Origin: a virus
Length of the DNA: 64,000 bases
Direction: 5' to 3' (one strand)
IMG/VR virus record: IMGVR_UViG_3300027365_000009
Span: 64,001 to 128,000 of that record
Below, in pieces: positions 29,301 to 36,984 of this stretch (position 1 is the first letter of the stretch; every line of letters begins with the position of its first letter). A model generated the notes under the pieces. The model saw only the letters and a list, made by a program, of their open reading frames with translations. It was not told the origin of the DNA and did not search any database. The position numbers were made by a program, and so were the translations under genes.

Positions 29301-30798
29301 GAATGTAGCGCTGTCGGCATCGGCAATCAATTCTGCACTCCAAGTCGCTAACAGTGGAACGTCATCTCTCGCCTCACGTCATCTCCAAGCCTCACGAACT
29401 GCAGTGCAACGGGCACAGAACCGTTGGGGAACCGCAGGAGTCGAACCCCCTCGGCGGCCCGGTGGTACCGCTGGCGCGTTAGGAAATACGTTCTCCGGTA
29501 TTGTCCAAGGAAATGGAGGGCAGTGGGAGGAGGTCCCCATGCCGCGCGCTAATAAATCCAAGGAAGCCGCGTTACCGACACTTCAGGCGGTAGAAGCCAT
29601 GACGGGTGTTGATGCCAACCTTCTCATGACGTTCGCCTCGATTGAGTCGGCGTTTGATTACACGGTAAAGGCACCGACTTCATCCGCCACTGGGTGGTTC
29701 CAGTTCATTGACGCCACCTGGGATGGCATGATCGAACAACATGCCGACAAATATGGGATTCCTCATACCGGCATGACCAAGAATGCCATTCGGGAAATGC
29801 GTAAGGACCCCCGTATAAACGCCTTGATGGGGGCGGAGTTCTTGAAAGGGAACTACAAGTACCTGGAACGAAAATTGGGACGCAAACCCACCGATACCGA
29901 CCTCTACCTGGCGCACTTCTTTGGTGCAGGCACCGCATACAAGTTCTTGAAGGCGGACCAGAACGCTGTTGCGGCAAATCTGTTCCGTTCTCAAGCGAAC
30001 TCTAACCGGAATATTTTCTACCGGGGCGGTCAGCCACGCACCATTGCTGAAGTGTATCAGGTCATGGACGAGAAAGTGTCGGGACATCGGTTTGGTGGAA
30101 CCAGCGCCTCTCGTACAGTGGATATGGATGAACCTGATCCGGTGTCGGTTCCGGAAGGGGCGTCCATGGAAGCGGCGAATGATCCCGAAGCAGGGGATGC
30201 GGGGATTATTGAAGAGGGCGGTCGTGAGATGATCCAGCTGGCGCCAGAAGGGGTTAACAATCACCTTCAGGGTGTGGATAACCCCATGCTGACAGAAGGG
30301 CAACGAAATGCCCATCGGCGGCGGCAATCGACCAGTAGTCGCGTTGGGTCAACCATCAATCCAGCAAACGCCGCAGTGGCGGGCGCTGGCTTGGGTGGAC
30401 CACTAGGTCAAAACGCCACACCACCGACTGGGGGTAGATTCTACGGGGCGATCGACTCCGATCCTCAGGATGACCCCGTGGTGCGTCAGCGGGAACGCCA
30501 ACGCCAACAGGCGGAGGTGGCAGATCTCCAACAGCGCGAGCTTGCCGATCGAGATCGGGAAACCAACCGGAATGTGGGTCGTGTTCTCAGTCGCCAACTG
30601 GAAGTCCAGCAAACGATGGCGGATTACCTTAAAGCTATCGCGGAGAATATTACAGGTGGGGCGCGGGAATCCACGACGACGGAACGTCAGGACGACCGTC
30701 AGAATCGCAATGATTCCAGTCGGCCCCCTGAACCGCGTGGGGGTGAACGACGTCAGCATCACGTACCGCCCATCAACATGAGACGGAATTCTCCGTAA
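23338..30798 (+). CDS. Large tail/tape-measure-like protein with C-terminal lytic transglycosylase (phiKZ gp181-like)
   Basis: 2486 aa; SLT motifs ASIESAF, SSATGWFQFIDATW, YLAHFFGAG; Gly/Ala-rich hydrophobic stretch; synteny. Confidence 0.88.
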   Translation: MADKRKDLEEENLDLRILDLDALDDEFDFDPPKDDKPVKRFAVNFKRGFLQQTKSKVLLRNFLRSSLPDGYSRLWAAGESAFSSGKSTADDVFRETAPELDSIAQKMEEVLPNIEGRTPKRLYGRIEKGVGRFRRATQDQQDSGFSRRTQADDDNSELADALDALNETSRAEGEQASLEAEERRVRDKLDAGRFDVLTRQMDRIGTGVEHQVSYQDQIQYKFQRKSLELQYRSYFALRDLRKFAEVAQDTHETAYNALVHNSALPDHLKMTKSQRVRFGTQDSLVGALGTQMAASLPGFLASYYPTIMENIRKSAVQGIQAAGGMLSTTDMMSGMGGDSASTAGQVAGDVAGGFFRNTLVSRAAMMAKPGMERLGDKLGGGHHVVSYFLNNLPALLQEYTQDHSHSTGFRGVIQRMVRAIVPSYYQDDTLEDGSFQTIDRQAAFNQLTQRSIVEVIPGYLSRLLQETRMIRTGSDDVEREVWDVTTGQFTGYKAARKALQGRVINEAQRRNIDATLNQTVENFDPDGYLSDTARAVLKERMMREASRNDRFDPNTYASGEGYGEEVDDATLKELTSFFKAQFDFDDQGSMVEDAENRRRRNAFSDAFLEVRNTIPDPRAEIQRISGVGMQEILHDLGLMTSDYGRNRVNYDRVWDLYRGDGPSTPNRSGPRPEGPIPRTQIKTGYDENVTFKESVQRAKEAAKENLRFKRLKIELPKFDDALIKRLPELDGKTLAKVVEWRPELLDALKRIDGDIELRLAPHIEKLRQRGKPKKLDRETAEALWTLVSEKSRHEWDDVKAKAKKHYDQAEEATRDWRINTASDVHETVEKAKKTWEGVDKDPESWKEKAAKKTQEEKQRLKETWEKTRTATEEQTEQLKEQVREHTDPMVEQTRENANRWREEASRRSENIREQFAQRVRDPLHTPSDETTPGYGQTEYDQYVDGIQRIAERQAETSDNIFTLLREEMQRGFKVRELPELTFADQDGNATKAKGKAKPEKKWSSILKRGADGIAGYYKNLFPGIGKGMGGLVSGMGRGTGAVFSGMGRAVGRMIGGKEDEVLPDIYVKARPDTPVLLARDIKTGRYIDANTNTVIKSIDDITGGVWDTVEERIAITHTEFEEGLFTRGGEKIKTTRGPGILGTLGSFYNNAYLKPTLFAAKQLPNLGNVAKDMIFSERDAYIPGEKEPRIRANLLKKGIYFDQATGDPITRYKDISGTVVDANNNVVVNAAEIPHLVGYDGRPLETAGTKLGGVAKAIGGAYVGALKAGWHATKSVAKGAFDLGKAVSDRVIGMIRGKRGKRDEESMSREGQIISILGGIYDLLDQRLPQNQNFRKGSWQEELAKRAEEREEEKDFKEEQEWREEGIFGRIGRRLGGLLGMYQDRQDTLDEIAENTEDMDDGGTDILATGGGDGPDGRRRPGRTRRTPKKPAPKGFWRKAAHYGGKGFRSVGRGAASLGRGALNLMGMGGLANPIGRAAGGLGKGMAWAGKGLFGVGGMLVRGGAMAATGLVSMLGAPVVLAGTAVAGAAAGGFWLWNRHKKTAGKFRQLRLAQYGFPEDGGLQRRVVALENRLDEVTQRNEGSEPTLNLPEIDPLELIEIMGISEDDEPALLALGDWFANRMLPVYRKYQQVMMTHFPDTPLGELDDVVDHDTAGDILRMVSFSDGGSSPYQVRANPFDPETPLPDVTSIIEERKEAIRKEYDTPEAVRDASRATTAGAGSTAAIMTSVNHAVVQARERERRNRQAEQQGGRQVFGNVGATAALAVAGATNVTELASRRAAIPEYRRMTGSNLTALQAMRVRGYGLVDLNRSKVIALLTLEDTVVPYLTFSGDGTVAFEGSINDVFREVAPLFGLSLYGSSTGDETRTDKEKFRLWFRSRFLSVFLTYVSAIRQIDENVGIPNAERRLDDIGKLDVGKSLYSATWESRESGTMSVWEVPWLIFDQPAAFSAKELAKMELMVLEQAVSGETVGTAAQSAEQARQQAQGNVALSASAINSALQVANSGTSSLASRHLQASRTAVQRAQNRWGTAGVEPPRRPGGTAGALGNTFSGIVQGNGGQWEEVPMPRANKSKEAALPTLQAVEAMTGVDANLLMTFASIESAFDYTVKAPTSSATGWFQFIDATWDGMIEQHADKYGIPHTGMTKNAIREMRKDPRINALMGAEFLKGNYKYLERKLGRKPTDTDLYLAHFFGAGTAYKFLKADQNAVAANLFRSQANSNRNIFYRGGQPRTIAEVYQVMDEKVSGHRFGGTSASRTVDMDEPDPVSVPEGASMEAANDPEAGDAGIIEEGGREMIQLAPEGVNNHLQGVDNPMLTEGQRNAHRRRQSTSSRVGSTINPANAAVAGAGLGGPLGQNATPPTGGRFYGAIDSDPQDDPVVRQRERQRQQAEVADLQQRELADRDRETNRNVGRVLSRQLEVQQTMADYLKAIAENITGGARESTTTERQDDRQNRNDSSRPPEPRGGERRQHHVPPINMRRNSP

Positions 30799-30809
30799 CG
30801 GTATGACCT

Positions 30810-30840
30810 AGGGCCTCCTAGTGAGGCCCTTTTCTTTTTT
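30810..30840 (+). terminator. Intrinsic terminator
   Basis: AGGGCCTC-ctagt-GAGGCCCT followed by TTTTCTTTTTT. Confidence 0.7.
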
Positions 30841-30852
30841 CCGGAGGTAATT

Positions 30853-32871
30853 ATGGGATCACCCACGAACGACAGGCGTTGGATTCGTCACGCCTTCTTG
30901 TTACCCATCAACTCCACTAGTGCTGAGGTGGGTACTAATTCGCGTCGGCGGCTGGCCACTTCCGCCGCCTATAAATTTCAAAACGCTTCCCTAGGAGGTC
31001 ATTACGCTGTTAATGTCCCACCCCAATTCACACGCTTTGCGGACATCCGCGTGCCCGGTAAGGGACGTTCCGAAGACGAGTGGGATAAAGGCATGGGGCG
31101 TTATTACAGTGAAGCGATTGATGACCCCAAGCAGATTGTTCACCTTTCGTTTGGTGTCCCTCGGTATTCGTCGTGGACAAGTTTCTTCACCAACTTCTAT
31201 GACCGACATAGTGCGTTATTGGCCAATACCGGTCGCTCCAGTGGGCCGTTCTATAACCTCGGCCTGGCGGGTGGGTATATCGTCAGTCTCCCGCTGCAGC
31301 CTTTCATTATGGCGTTTAGTGGGGCTTCTAGGGTATGGAACTTCTTGTCCAAAGCCCAACCGAGTAAATGGTACTACTTTAAACCCACCATGCATTCGTA
31401 TTGGTCGTCGGTGAATACCATCGCCAACGAACTGGCCATCAACATGGGATTGATTCCCCGTGTGTTCTCCGATGGTCAATCATCCCTGCAGGAAGGCGGT
31501 GAAATTAGCGATCAAGAAATCAGACGGATGCACGAAATGTTCCCGACCATTTGGCGGGAGGACGGTGGTATTGATGTCATGTCGCTGGCGCGGGAAGCAC
31601 AGCGTCGCTCCGATCATGCGGACCTTGCCGCTAAACGCATGAAAGAAAGTGCCACCAACATTCGAGAACTGGGTGATGCCTTGGTGCAATTTCAACGCCA
31701 AAAAGCAGAAGAGCCCCAACGGAATTTCTCAGATGCAAAAGACTACTTTCTGGCAGCTGTAAAACAAGAAGATTATCGGACGGACGATGGTATTGTCACT
31801 GAAGGTTTCCAATCAACCGGAACAGGTAACGAAGAAGAACCGACCTTCTCCACTTGGAAAGGGCTGAATGGGATGTATGAATTTGTGCGGGCTTCTCAAC
31901 GTGATGGTTCGCAGTTCGCGTCTTTCTATGTTCAGTATAATGGTTCAGTATCGGAATCATTCAATAACTCAACACGTGAGTCCAATATCTCCCAGACACT
32001 CAATCAAAAGGTCGCTTCTGGACGCTCGGCAAGTTTCGACCTGATGGCCGGTAATATATCCGGTGGGATCGGGGAAATTATTAACTCGTTTCAATCTTTC
32101 GCTGCTGGATTGTTGGACAGTGTAAATCTGGGTGGTCTAGCAACGCTTGCTGGTACCGCCTATCTTGACATACCTAAGATGTGGGATGGTTCCACAGCGA
32201 ACTTACCGCGGGCTGAATACACCGTTCCCCTACCCAGTCCGTATGGGAATCCCATTTCCCGCTACACCAACATGATGATTCCGTTGAGCATGCTGCTAGC
32301 GGGGGCCTTGCCTTTATCGGCAGGTAAATCCGCCTACACCAGCCCGTTCTTGTGTCAGATCTACCATCAGGGACGAGTACAAATCCAGTTAGGGATGATT
32401 GACTCGATCACCATCACCCGCGGTACCGGCAACGTGGGGTGGAGTGCTGAACACAACATGCTGGGGGCAGAGGTCAGCTTCTCGGTGGTGGACATGTCAT
32501 CCATTATGCATGTGCCCATCAAAGGGGGGTTCGCCAGTGCAGATTGGATTGGGACCGCCACGCGGGCGGCTGTCATGCAGGGTGCTCAGTCTGGGGGTGG
32601 GGATACCGCCGCGGCGATTGCCGGTATGGCCACCAACGGGTCGGTATGGGATGAACAAAACACCTTTACGGATTACATGTCAGTGCTCAGTTCCTTGTCG
32701 CTTGATAATATCTATTACGTCGGTAAACGTCTGAACCTTAACATGACGCGTACATTACGTAGCTTCAAAACGTGGAAATCACCGTCTAATGTTATGTCGT
32801 GGATGTTAGATGGTCAACCTGCCCGGACCCTATCGGGTCTTTCCCAGTACAGTAACCGTTTCAACGAATAA
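30853..32871 (+). CDS. Virion structural protein (phiKZ gp182-like)
   Basis: 672 aa; SLGGHYAVNVPPQFTRFADI, GMGRYYSEAIDD motifs; synteny after gp181-like. Confidence 0.8.
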   Translation: MGSPTNDRRWIRHAFLLPINSTSAEVGTNSRRRLATSAAYKFQNASLGGHYAVNVPPQFTRFADIRVPGKGRSEDEWDKGMGRYYSEAIDDPKQIVHLSFGVPRYSSWTSFFTNFYDRHSALLANTGRSSGPFYNLGLAGGYIVSLPLQPFIMAFSGASRVWNFLSKAQPSKWYYFKPTMHSYWSSVNTIANELAINMGLIPRVFSDGQSSLQEGGEISDQEIRRMHEMFPTIWREDGGIDVMSLAREAQRRSDHADLAAKRMKESATNIRELGDALVQFQRQKAEEPQRNFSDAKDYFLAAVKQEDYRTDDGIVTEGFQSTGTGNEEEPTFSTWKGLNGMYEFVRASQRDGSQFASFYVQYNGSVSESFNNSTRESNISQTLNQKVASGRSASFDLMAGNISGGIGEIINSFQSFAAGLLDSVNLGGLATLAGTAYLDIPKMWDGSTANLPRAEYTVPLPSPYGNPISRYTNMMIPLSMLLAGALPLSAGKSAYTSPFLCQIYHQGRVQIQLGMIDSITITRGTGNVGWSAEHNMLGAEVSFSVVDMSSIMHVPIKGGFASADWIGTATRAAVMQGAQSGGGDTAAAIAGMATNGSVWDEQNTFTDYMSVLSSLSLDNIYYVGKRLNLNMTRTLRSFKTWKSPSNVMSWMLDGQPARTLSGLSQYSNRFNE

Positions 32872-32884
32872 CGCAGGAGTTCGT

Positions 32885-33130
32885 ATGGGTAATTTTGTCT
32901 TAAAGCTGTTGATTTCACAGCTCATTGGTCGTATCATGAAAAACGTCGATCTGGATGCGCTGATCGACTTTGTGGTGGAGGCAGAGAAGCAGTACGATAA
33001 TGCCTTTGCCAAGAAAGGTTATGTGTATCGCACCATCAAGGAACTGGAACCTCAAGACATCTCCACCACGGCGGTGAACCTCGCCATTGAAGCAGGGGTA
33101 TACTACGCCAAGCGCTACGTCTTTTCATGA
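32885..33130 (+). CDS. Small hypothetical protein
   Basis: MGNFVLKLLISQL after CAGGAG RBS. Confidence 0.65.
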   Translation: MGNFVLKLLISQLIGRIMKNVDLDALIDFVVEAEKQYDNAFAKKGYVYRTIKELEPQDISTTAVNLAIEAGVYYAKRYVFS

Positions 33131-33135
33131 CATAC

Positions 33136-33157
33136 GGCCTCCCCGAATGGGGAGGCC
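33136..33157. terminator. Hairpin/terminator
   Basis: GGCCTCCCC-gaat-GGGGAGGCC preceded by GACATA. Confidence 0.6.
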
Positions 33158-33198
33158 AATAAACCGCTGGGGCATTTTCTATCGGGCGTGGTGGTCTG

Positions 33199-33459
33199 TT
33201 AGACCACGAGTTCTAATACGGGTCTCCAACCAATATCCGAAAGCATGTACGACGAAGTATTCGTCTTGAAGTTCGTCAAGGAAGAACGACCCCGGTAGAC
33301 ACGCCGTGAGGCGTCTGACGCCGAGGTCTCCTGCACCCACGACGCGCGTCCGTACCCCGACCCCACGCCAATGTCTCCATTGGTGTAGGATGCCCAATGG
33401 GTGCCGGTGGGGTCGTCGACGTGGACGCGGTAGATCAAGTCGTTCCATTCACCCCCTAA
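33199..33459 (-). pseudogene. Orphan C-terminal fragment of the GWRPxLE virion-protein family (possible silent cassette)
   Basis: LGGEWNDLIYRVH...SWVQE...RVYRG...GWRPVLELVV*, homologous to the C-termini of 6657..7544 and 63671..64000; no N-terminal part. Confidence 0.65.
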
Positions 33460-33565
33460 ACGTCCTCTTCTTGGTTTAACAAAAAAAAAACGTGTCCGTC
33501 ACATAACATTGTTAATCTTCACGGGCCTCCGCAATATAATGACACACACCAAAAGGAGGTACCCA

Positions 33566-33967
33566 ATGTCAACTCGCACGTTACGTTCCCATATCGTCAA
33601 TCCCGCTAACGATAAGATCACGATCAACGTCACCGACGAGCCCGGAGATGGTGGTGCCAACCATCGTTATGAGATTAGCGGTTTCAATATCGAATCCAAC
33701 GCCTCAAAAGAAGACCATGACGGGAACCGAAATCAGGTGAACCTCCTGTTCCAAAATGGTCCGATTCCTGAAAAGGGTGTCAATGGTATCACCCATGAGG
33801 TGTTGCTCGCTATCTTGATTGACCGCCTCCAAGGGTTCCAGGACGGTCCCTTCCGCTGCCGTGAAAATGCCCTGGCCCTCACCAAACTGGAAGAGGCTCA
33901 GATGTGGTTGCAGAAGCGCACACGTGATCGGATGTCAAGAGGGGTCGAGGGGACCCATGAGCAGTAA
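33566..33967 (+). CDS. tad1: Thoeris anti-defence 1 (Tad1)-family nucleotide-signal sponge
   Basis: FQNGPIPEKGVNGITHE..LIDRLQGFQ..FRCRENALALTKLEEAQMWLQKRTRDRMSRGVEGT; AGGAGG RBS before ATG 33566. Confidence 0.85.
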   Translation: MSTRTLRSHIVNPANDKITINVTDEPGDGGANHRYEISGFNIESNASKEDHDGNRNQVNLLFQNGPIPEKGVNGITHEVLLAILIDRLQGFQDGPFRCRENALALTKLEEAQMWLQKRTRDRMSRGVEGTHEQ

Positions 33968-34262
33968 CCCCGTTAGTGACCATGATATCAACGGGATGCC
34001 CATACGGCATCTCTATGTGCGGTATCTGATGGCCAGCTACTTGTACTATGTGTGTGATGAAGCCTCACCTTGGTCGGATTACGAATACGACCTCGCCTGC
34101 CGGCGTTTACACACTGAGTGGGAAAGCTTCGATCATCCCCATAAGTACCTATTACGTAATCCCGATAGTCTCTTAGCGGGGACAGGGTTTGATATCATCA
34201 ACTACCCCAGCATTGTCCGGGTCTGTTCCTGGTCATGGAAAGAGGGTGAGTTCAACAGATAG
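33957..34262 (+). CDS. Stand-alone NAD+-dependent DNA ligase domain Ia (Nlig-Ia)-like protein
   Basis: YLMASYLYYVCDEASPWSDYEYDLACRRL matches the LigA Ia YYxxDxPxxSDxEYD motif; overlaps the tad1 end. Confidence 0.7.
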   Translation: MSSNPVSDHDINGMPIRHLYVRYLMASYLYYVCDEASPWSDYEYDLACRRLHTEWESFDHPHKYLLRNPDSLLAGTGFDIINYPSIVRVCSWSWKEGEFNR

Positions 34263-34273
34263 GAGTAGCAACA

Positions 34274-34507
34274 ATGCGTTTTCAAACCGCGTATGTGTGG
34301 ATGAAGCATGGTAAGCGGATGCGTGTGCCAGGCTTCAAGGGGTATTGGCGTTTCAATAAAGAAACCGAAACTATTGAGATTGTCACGAAAGACAATGTTG
34401 TCATGGATATCCGTGACACTAAAGACGTTGATTTCACGATGTCGTTCATTAACTCCGACGAATGGGAGTTCTACGAAGGACATAATGACCCGCGTCAGAA
34501 CACATAA
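34274..34507 (+). CDS. Tad2/DUF2829-like small protein
   Basis: MxFxxAxxxMKxGKxxRxPxxxGYW...MDIRDT...INSDEWE resembles the Tad2-family N-terminus and terminal DW/EW motif. Confidence 0.6.
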   Translation: MRFQTAYVWMKHGKRMRVPGFKGYWRFNKETETIEIVTKDNVVMDIRDTKDVDFTMSFINSDEWEFYEGHNDPRQNT

Positions 34508-34512
34508 CTCCA

Positions 34513-34532
34513 AGGGCTCCTGCGGGAGCCCT
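34513..34532. terminator. Hairpin closing the tad operon
   Basis: AGGGCTCC-tgcg-GGAGCCCT followed by TATGCCG. Confidence 0.55.
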
Positions 34533-34551
34533 ACTATGCCGTCCCACTGTA

Positions 34552-34569
34552 TTTAACATCTATATCACT
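34552..34569 (+). promoter_or_regulatory. Putative early promoter
   Basis: TTTAACATCTATATCACT. Confidence 0.65.
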
Positions 34570-34603
34570 CTATTGCCCACTCACCCAAGGAACTAACACG
34601 CTA

Positions 34604-35107
34604 ATGAATACCAATGCTTCGTTAATCACACTAAGTAACCGCATCCCCGACACTGACGTCACTGCGTTTATCGCAGCCCTTGAAAACAAAGAGGGCCCAT
34701 ACTTCCCCAAAACCGTCGTATTCGATGATCCAGTATCACATTACCAAGTATATTGTGGGAATGTCGAAAAGGGGAGTCGTCACTGGTATTTGGATTTCAC
34801 CAGCATTGCCCTCAAAGAAGGGAAAATCGACGCGCGTGAGGTTTTGCGCGTATACAATGACCTGGCGCTGAAAGGCGGGGATCTCCTCTACGCAGGCGAT
34901 ACCAGTCACTTTATCTTGGACATAGCGCGACGCATTACTAACGGTCCGCGGTTCTACCGTCAGGACGGCATTACCGTTTATGGCATTGTCCGTGAGTTCT
35001 GCCATCGGATGGAAGACCTCAACCATCACCTAGTGGAGATAGGTCCCGTCAATAACCCCAACCACCCTTACGTTATCAAGGTCGTCAGCAAGACCAATCG
35101 GGATTAG
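34604..35107 (+). CDS. Hypothetical protein
   Basis: 167-aa ORF with AAGGA RBS downstream of the promoter motif. Confidence 0.65.
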   Translation: MNTNASLITLSNRIPDTDVTAFIAALENKEGPYFPKTVVFDDPVSHYQVYCGNVEKGSRHWYLDFTSIALKEGKIDAREVLRVYNDLALKGGDLLYAGDTSHFILDIARRITNGPRFYRQDGITVYGIVREFCHRMEDLNHHLVEIGPVNNPNHPYVIKVVSKTNRD

Positions 35108-35120
35108 TCATCCCAACGAG

Positions 35121-35138
35121 TTTAACACCTATATCACT
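35121..35138 (+). promoter_or_regulatory. Putative early promoter
   Basis: TTTAACACCTATATCACT. Confidence 0.65.
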
Positions 35139-35169
35139 ACCATGCATCCACTGGAAAAGGAACCCCGTC

Positions 35170-35277
35170 GTGAAACAATTTCTCAAAGCCGTCGCCATCG
35201 GTACCATCACTGGCGTCGCCATCACGCTGACCATGGAAGAAATCCATAAGTGGCGCCAGCGTAACGCACGTCACTGA
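35170..35277 (+). CDS. Small membrane peptide (35 aa)
   Basis: AAGGA RBS, GTG start, MKQFLKAVAIGTITGVAITLTMEEIHKWRQRNARH. Confidence 0.5.
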   Translation: MKQFLKAVAIGTITGVAITLTMEEIHKWRQRNARH

Positions 35278-35330
35278 CCCCCATCAAGCCTTAGAATAAA
35301 CCGAAACACAATCACAGGACACGCAACACC

Positions 35331-35468
35331 ATGGACATCAATACCCTGATCGATCTTGTCGAAGCTCACGATGACCTCTCCGCTTCCCTGTACGAAGAGC
35401 AGTTTCGGCACGTCGATCCCGAGCAAGTTTCCCTCTCCACCAACGACAAACTCGTTGATGTGGAATAA
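35331..35468 (+). CDS. Small acidic protein (45 aa)
   Basis: CAGGA RBS; MDINTLIDLVEAHDDLSASLYEEQF...DVE*. Confidence 0.5.
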   Translation: MDINTLIDLVEAHDDLSASLYEEQFRHVDPEQVSLSTNDKLVDVE

Positions 35469-35549
35469 CCATGGCGGGGAAACTACCCGCCAGCACCATC
35501 CGATGAGGGGTAATGCCCTCACCACTGACCCAGAGAAGAGAGAACTGTA

Positions 35550-35963
35550 ATGAGCGAACTCAAGTCCCGCAAGTACGCCGACAAACATGGCCTGGCTGAC
35601 AAGCTGAAGGTGGACGCCAAAACTGGCGAGATCACCCCCAGTGATGATTACTACGAGGCCACACTCGAGGGAACGGGTGTGACCCTGGACCAACTCAAGA
35701 AGGTCCAGAATAACAATGCCGAGCTACTTTCATCCACCACCCTGGTGGCTGGGGAAATGGCTGCCGAACATTTCAAGGAACACCCCGAGACGAACGAGCT
35801 GTCGCTGCGCTATTCCGCTGGACGCGATACCTATGCGATGAACTTCTCCCGCGCGGAAGACGCCAAGCCAGTCCGGCATGAGATCAGCATCTATGGCGCT
35901 GAAGACAAAGGTGAGCTCAAGAAGGTGAAAAAGCTCGTCAAGGGTCTCTTTGACGAGATCTGA
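35550..35963 (+). CDS. Hypothetical protein
   Basis: 137-aa ORF with strongly biased codon use, followed by a terminator. Confidence 0.75.
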   Translation: MSELKSRKYADKHGLADKLKVDAKTGEITPSDDYYEATLEGTGVTLDQLKKVQNNNAELLSSTTLVAGEMAAEHFKEHPETNELSLRYSAGRDTYAMNFSRAEDAKPVRHEISIYGAEDKGELKKVKKLVKGLFDEI

Positions 35964-35988
35964 TCACAGCGTGTCAAAACCTGTTGCT

Positions 35989-36020
35989 AACCGTTCCACC
36001 TTCGGGTGGGGCGGTTTATT
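35989..36020 (+). terminator. Intrinsic terminator
   Basis: AACCGTTCCACC-TTCG-GGTGGGGCGGTT followed by TATTT. Confidence 0.65.
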
Positions 36021-36094
36021 TGTTACCTCCTTTCTTTTTTAGGTTCCGTAATCGTATGTCATCCCCTGTTACTTTGTTACCTAAGGTTCCTATT

Positions 36095-36736
36095 ATGCAA
36101 CACCAACCTCTTTTCATTTGTTTTGAGGGTATTGATGGTGCGGGTAAAACGACCCAACTGGATCGACTTTACACCTACTTGGTGGACTGTGGTATCGATG
36201 TTATCAAGACACGCGAGCCTGGCGGGACCCCATTGGCAGAACATATTCGAGAAGGTATGCTATCAACTGACTTAACCGAGTCCGTCAGTCCGATGACGGA
36301 ACTTCTCATGGTTTATGCGGCTCGTCAACAACACCTCGATAATGTGATTCGTCCCGCCCTTACCAATGGCACATGGGTGTTATGCGACCGTTTTATCGAT
36401 ACCACCTACGCGTACCAAATCCGCGGACGCTGTCTATCCCCAGCCCTATTCCATCAGCTAAACGACATCGTAGTGCGGGACACGAAACCCGATCTGACGC
36501 TATTCTTCACTCTCCCCGACGAGGTCTACCAGGCACGTCTCGCTGGACGGACCGAGAAGTCCGATCGTCTTGATCGTGAATCCCACTTATTTGCCGAGAG
36601 GGTCATTGGCGGCCTAAAAGAACGAGCCCGGTTCTGTGGGCATCCGACGGTTATGGCCGATGGGGCGATTGAAGAAGTTACCGAACGCATGCTTGACACA
36701 CTGCGTCGTTATATTAACCTCCCGGAGGCCGCATGA
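36095..36736 (+). CDS. tmk: Thymidylate kinase
   Basis: FEGIDGAGKTTQ P-loop, TREPGGT, AARQQH, LCDRF..TYAYQ, PDLT. Confidence 0.93.
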   Translation: MQHQPLFICFEGIDGAGKTTQLDRLYTYLVDCGIDVIKTREPGGTPLAEHIREGMLSTDLTESVSPMTELLMVYAARQQHLDNVIRPALTNGTWVLCDRFIDTTYAYQIRGRCLSPALFHQLNDIVVRDTKPDLTLFFTLPDEVYQARLAGRTEKSDRLDRESHLFAERVIGGLKERARFCGHPTVMADGAIEEVTERMLDTLRRYINLPEAA

Positions 36737-36984
36737 ACCCCGACCTGTATTTACTACAACAGAACTCTAAGGGATTCTGGCAACACCCACGGACCGAGCG
36801 GGTCTATCAAGTGCTCACGGTCGCCAACAAACACAGCACCCGACCTGACGAGTTTCCGATAACTGTGGTTTATCAAGATATCGTTGATGAACGTATCTGG
36901 TCCCTTCCCATCAAGTGTTTTGTCGATAAGTTCGACCCTTGGCAACCACATACCCCCGAGACCGCTCCAGGAGGCCGTCAGTGA
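36733..36984 (+). CDS. DUF1653-like small protein
   Basis: WQH..YQVLTVAN..TVVYQ...IWSLP...FVDKF pattern. Confidence 0.55.
   Translation: MNPDLYLLQQNSKGFWQHPRTERVYQVLTVANKHSTRPDEFPITVVYQDIVDERIWSLPIKCFVDKFDPWQPHTPETAPGGRQ

Noticed and set aside
33199-33459. Orphan fragment as the DGR template repeat for 6657..7544
   Set aside because: It is not AAY-rich and differs from the putative VR at many non-adenine positions; no RT is nearby.
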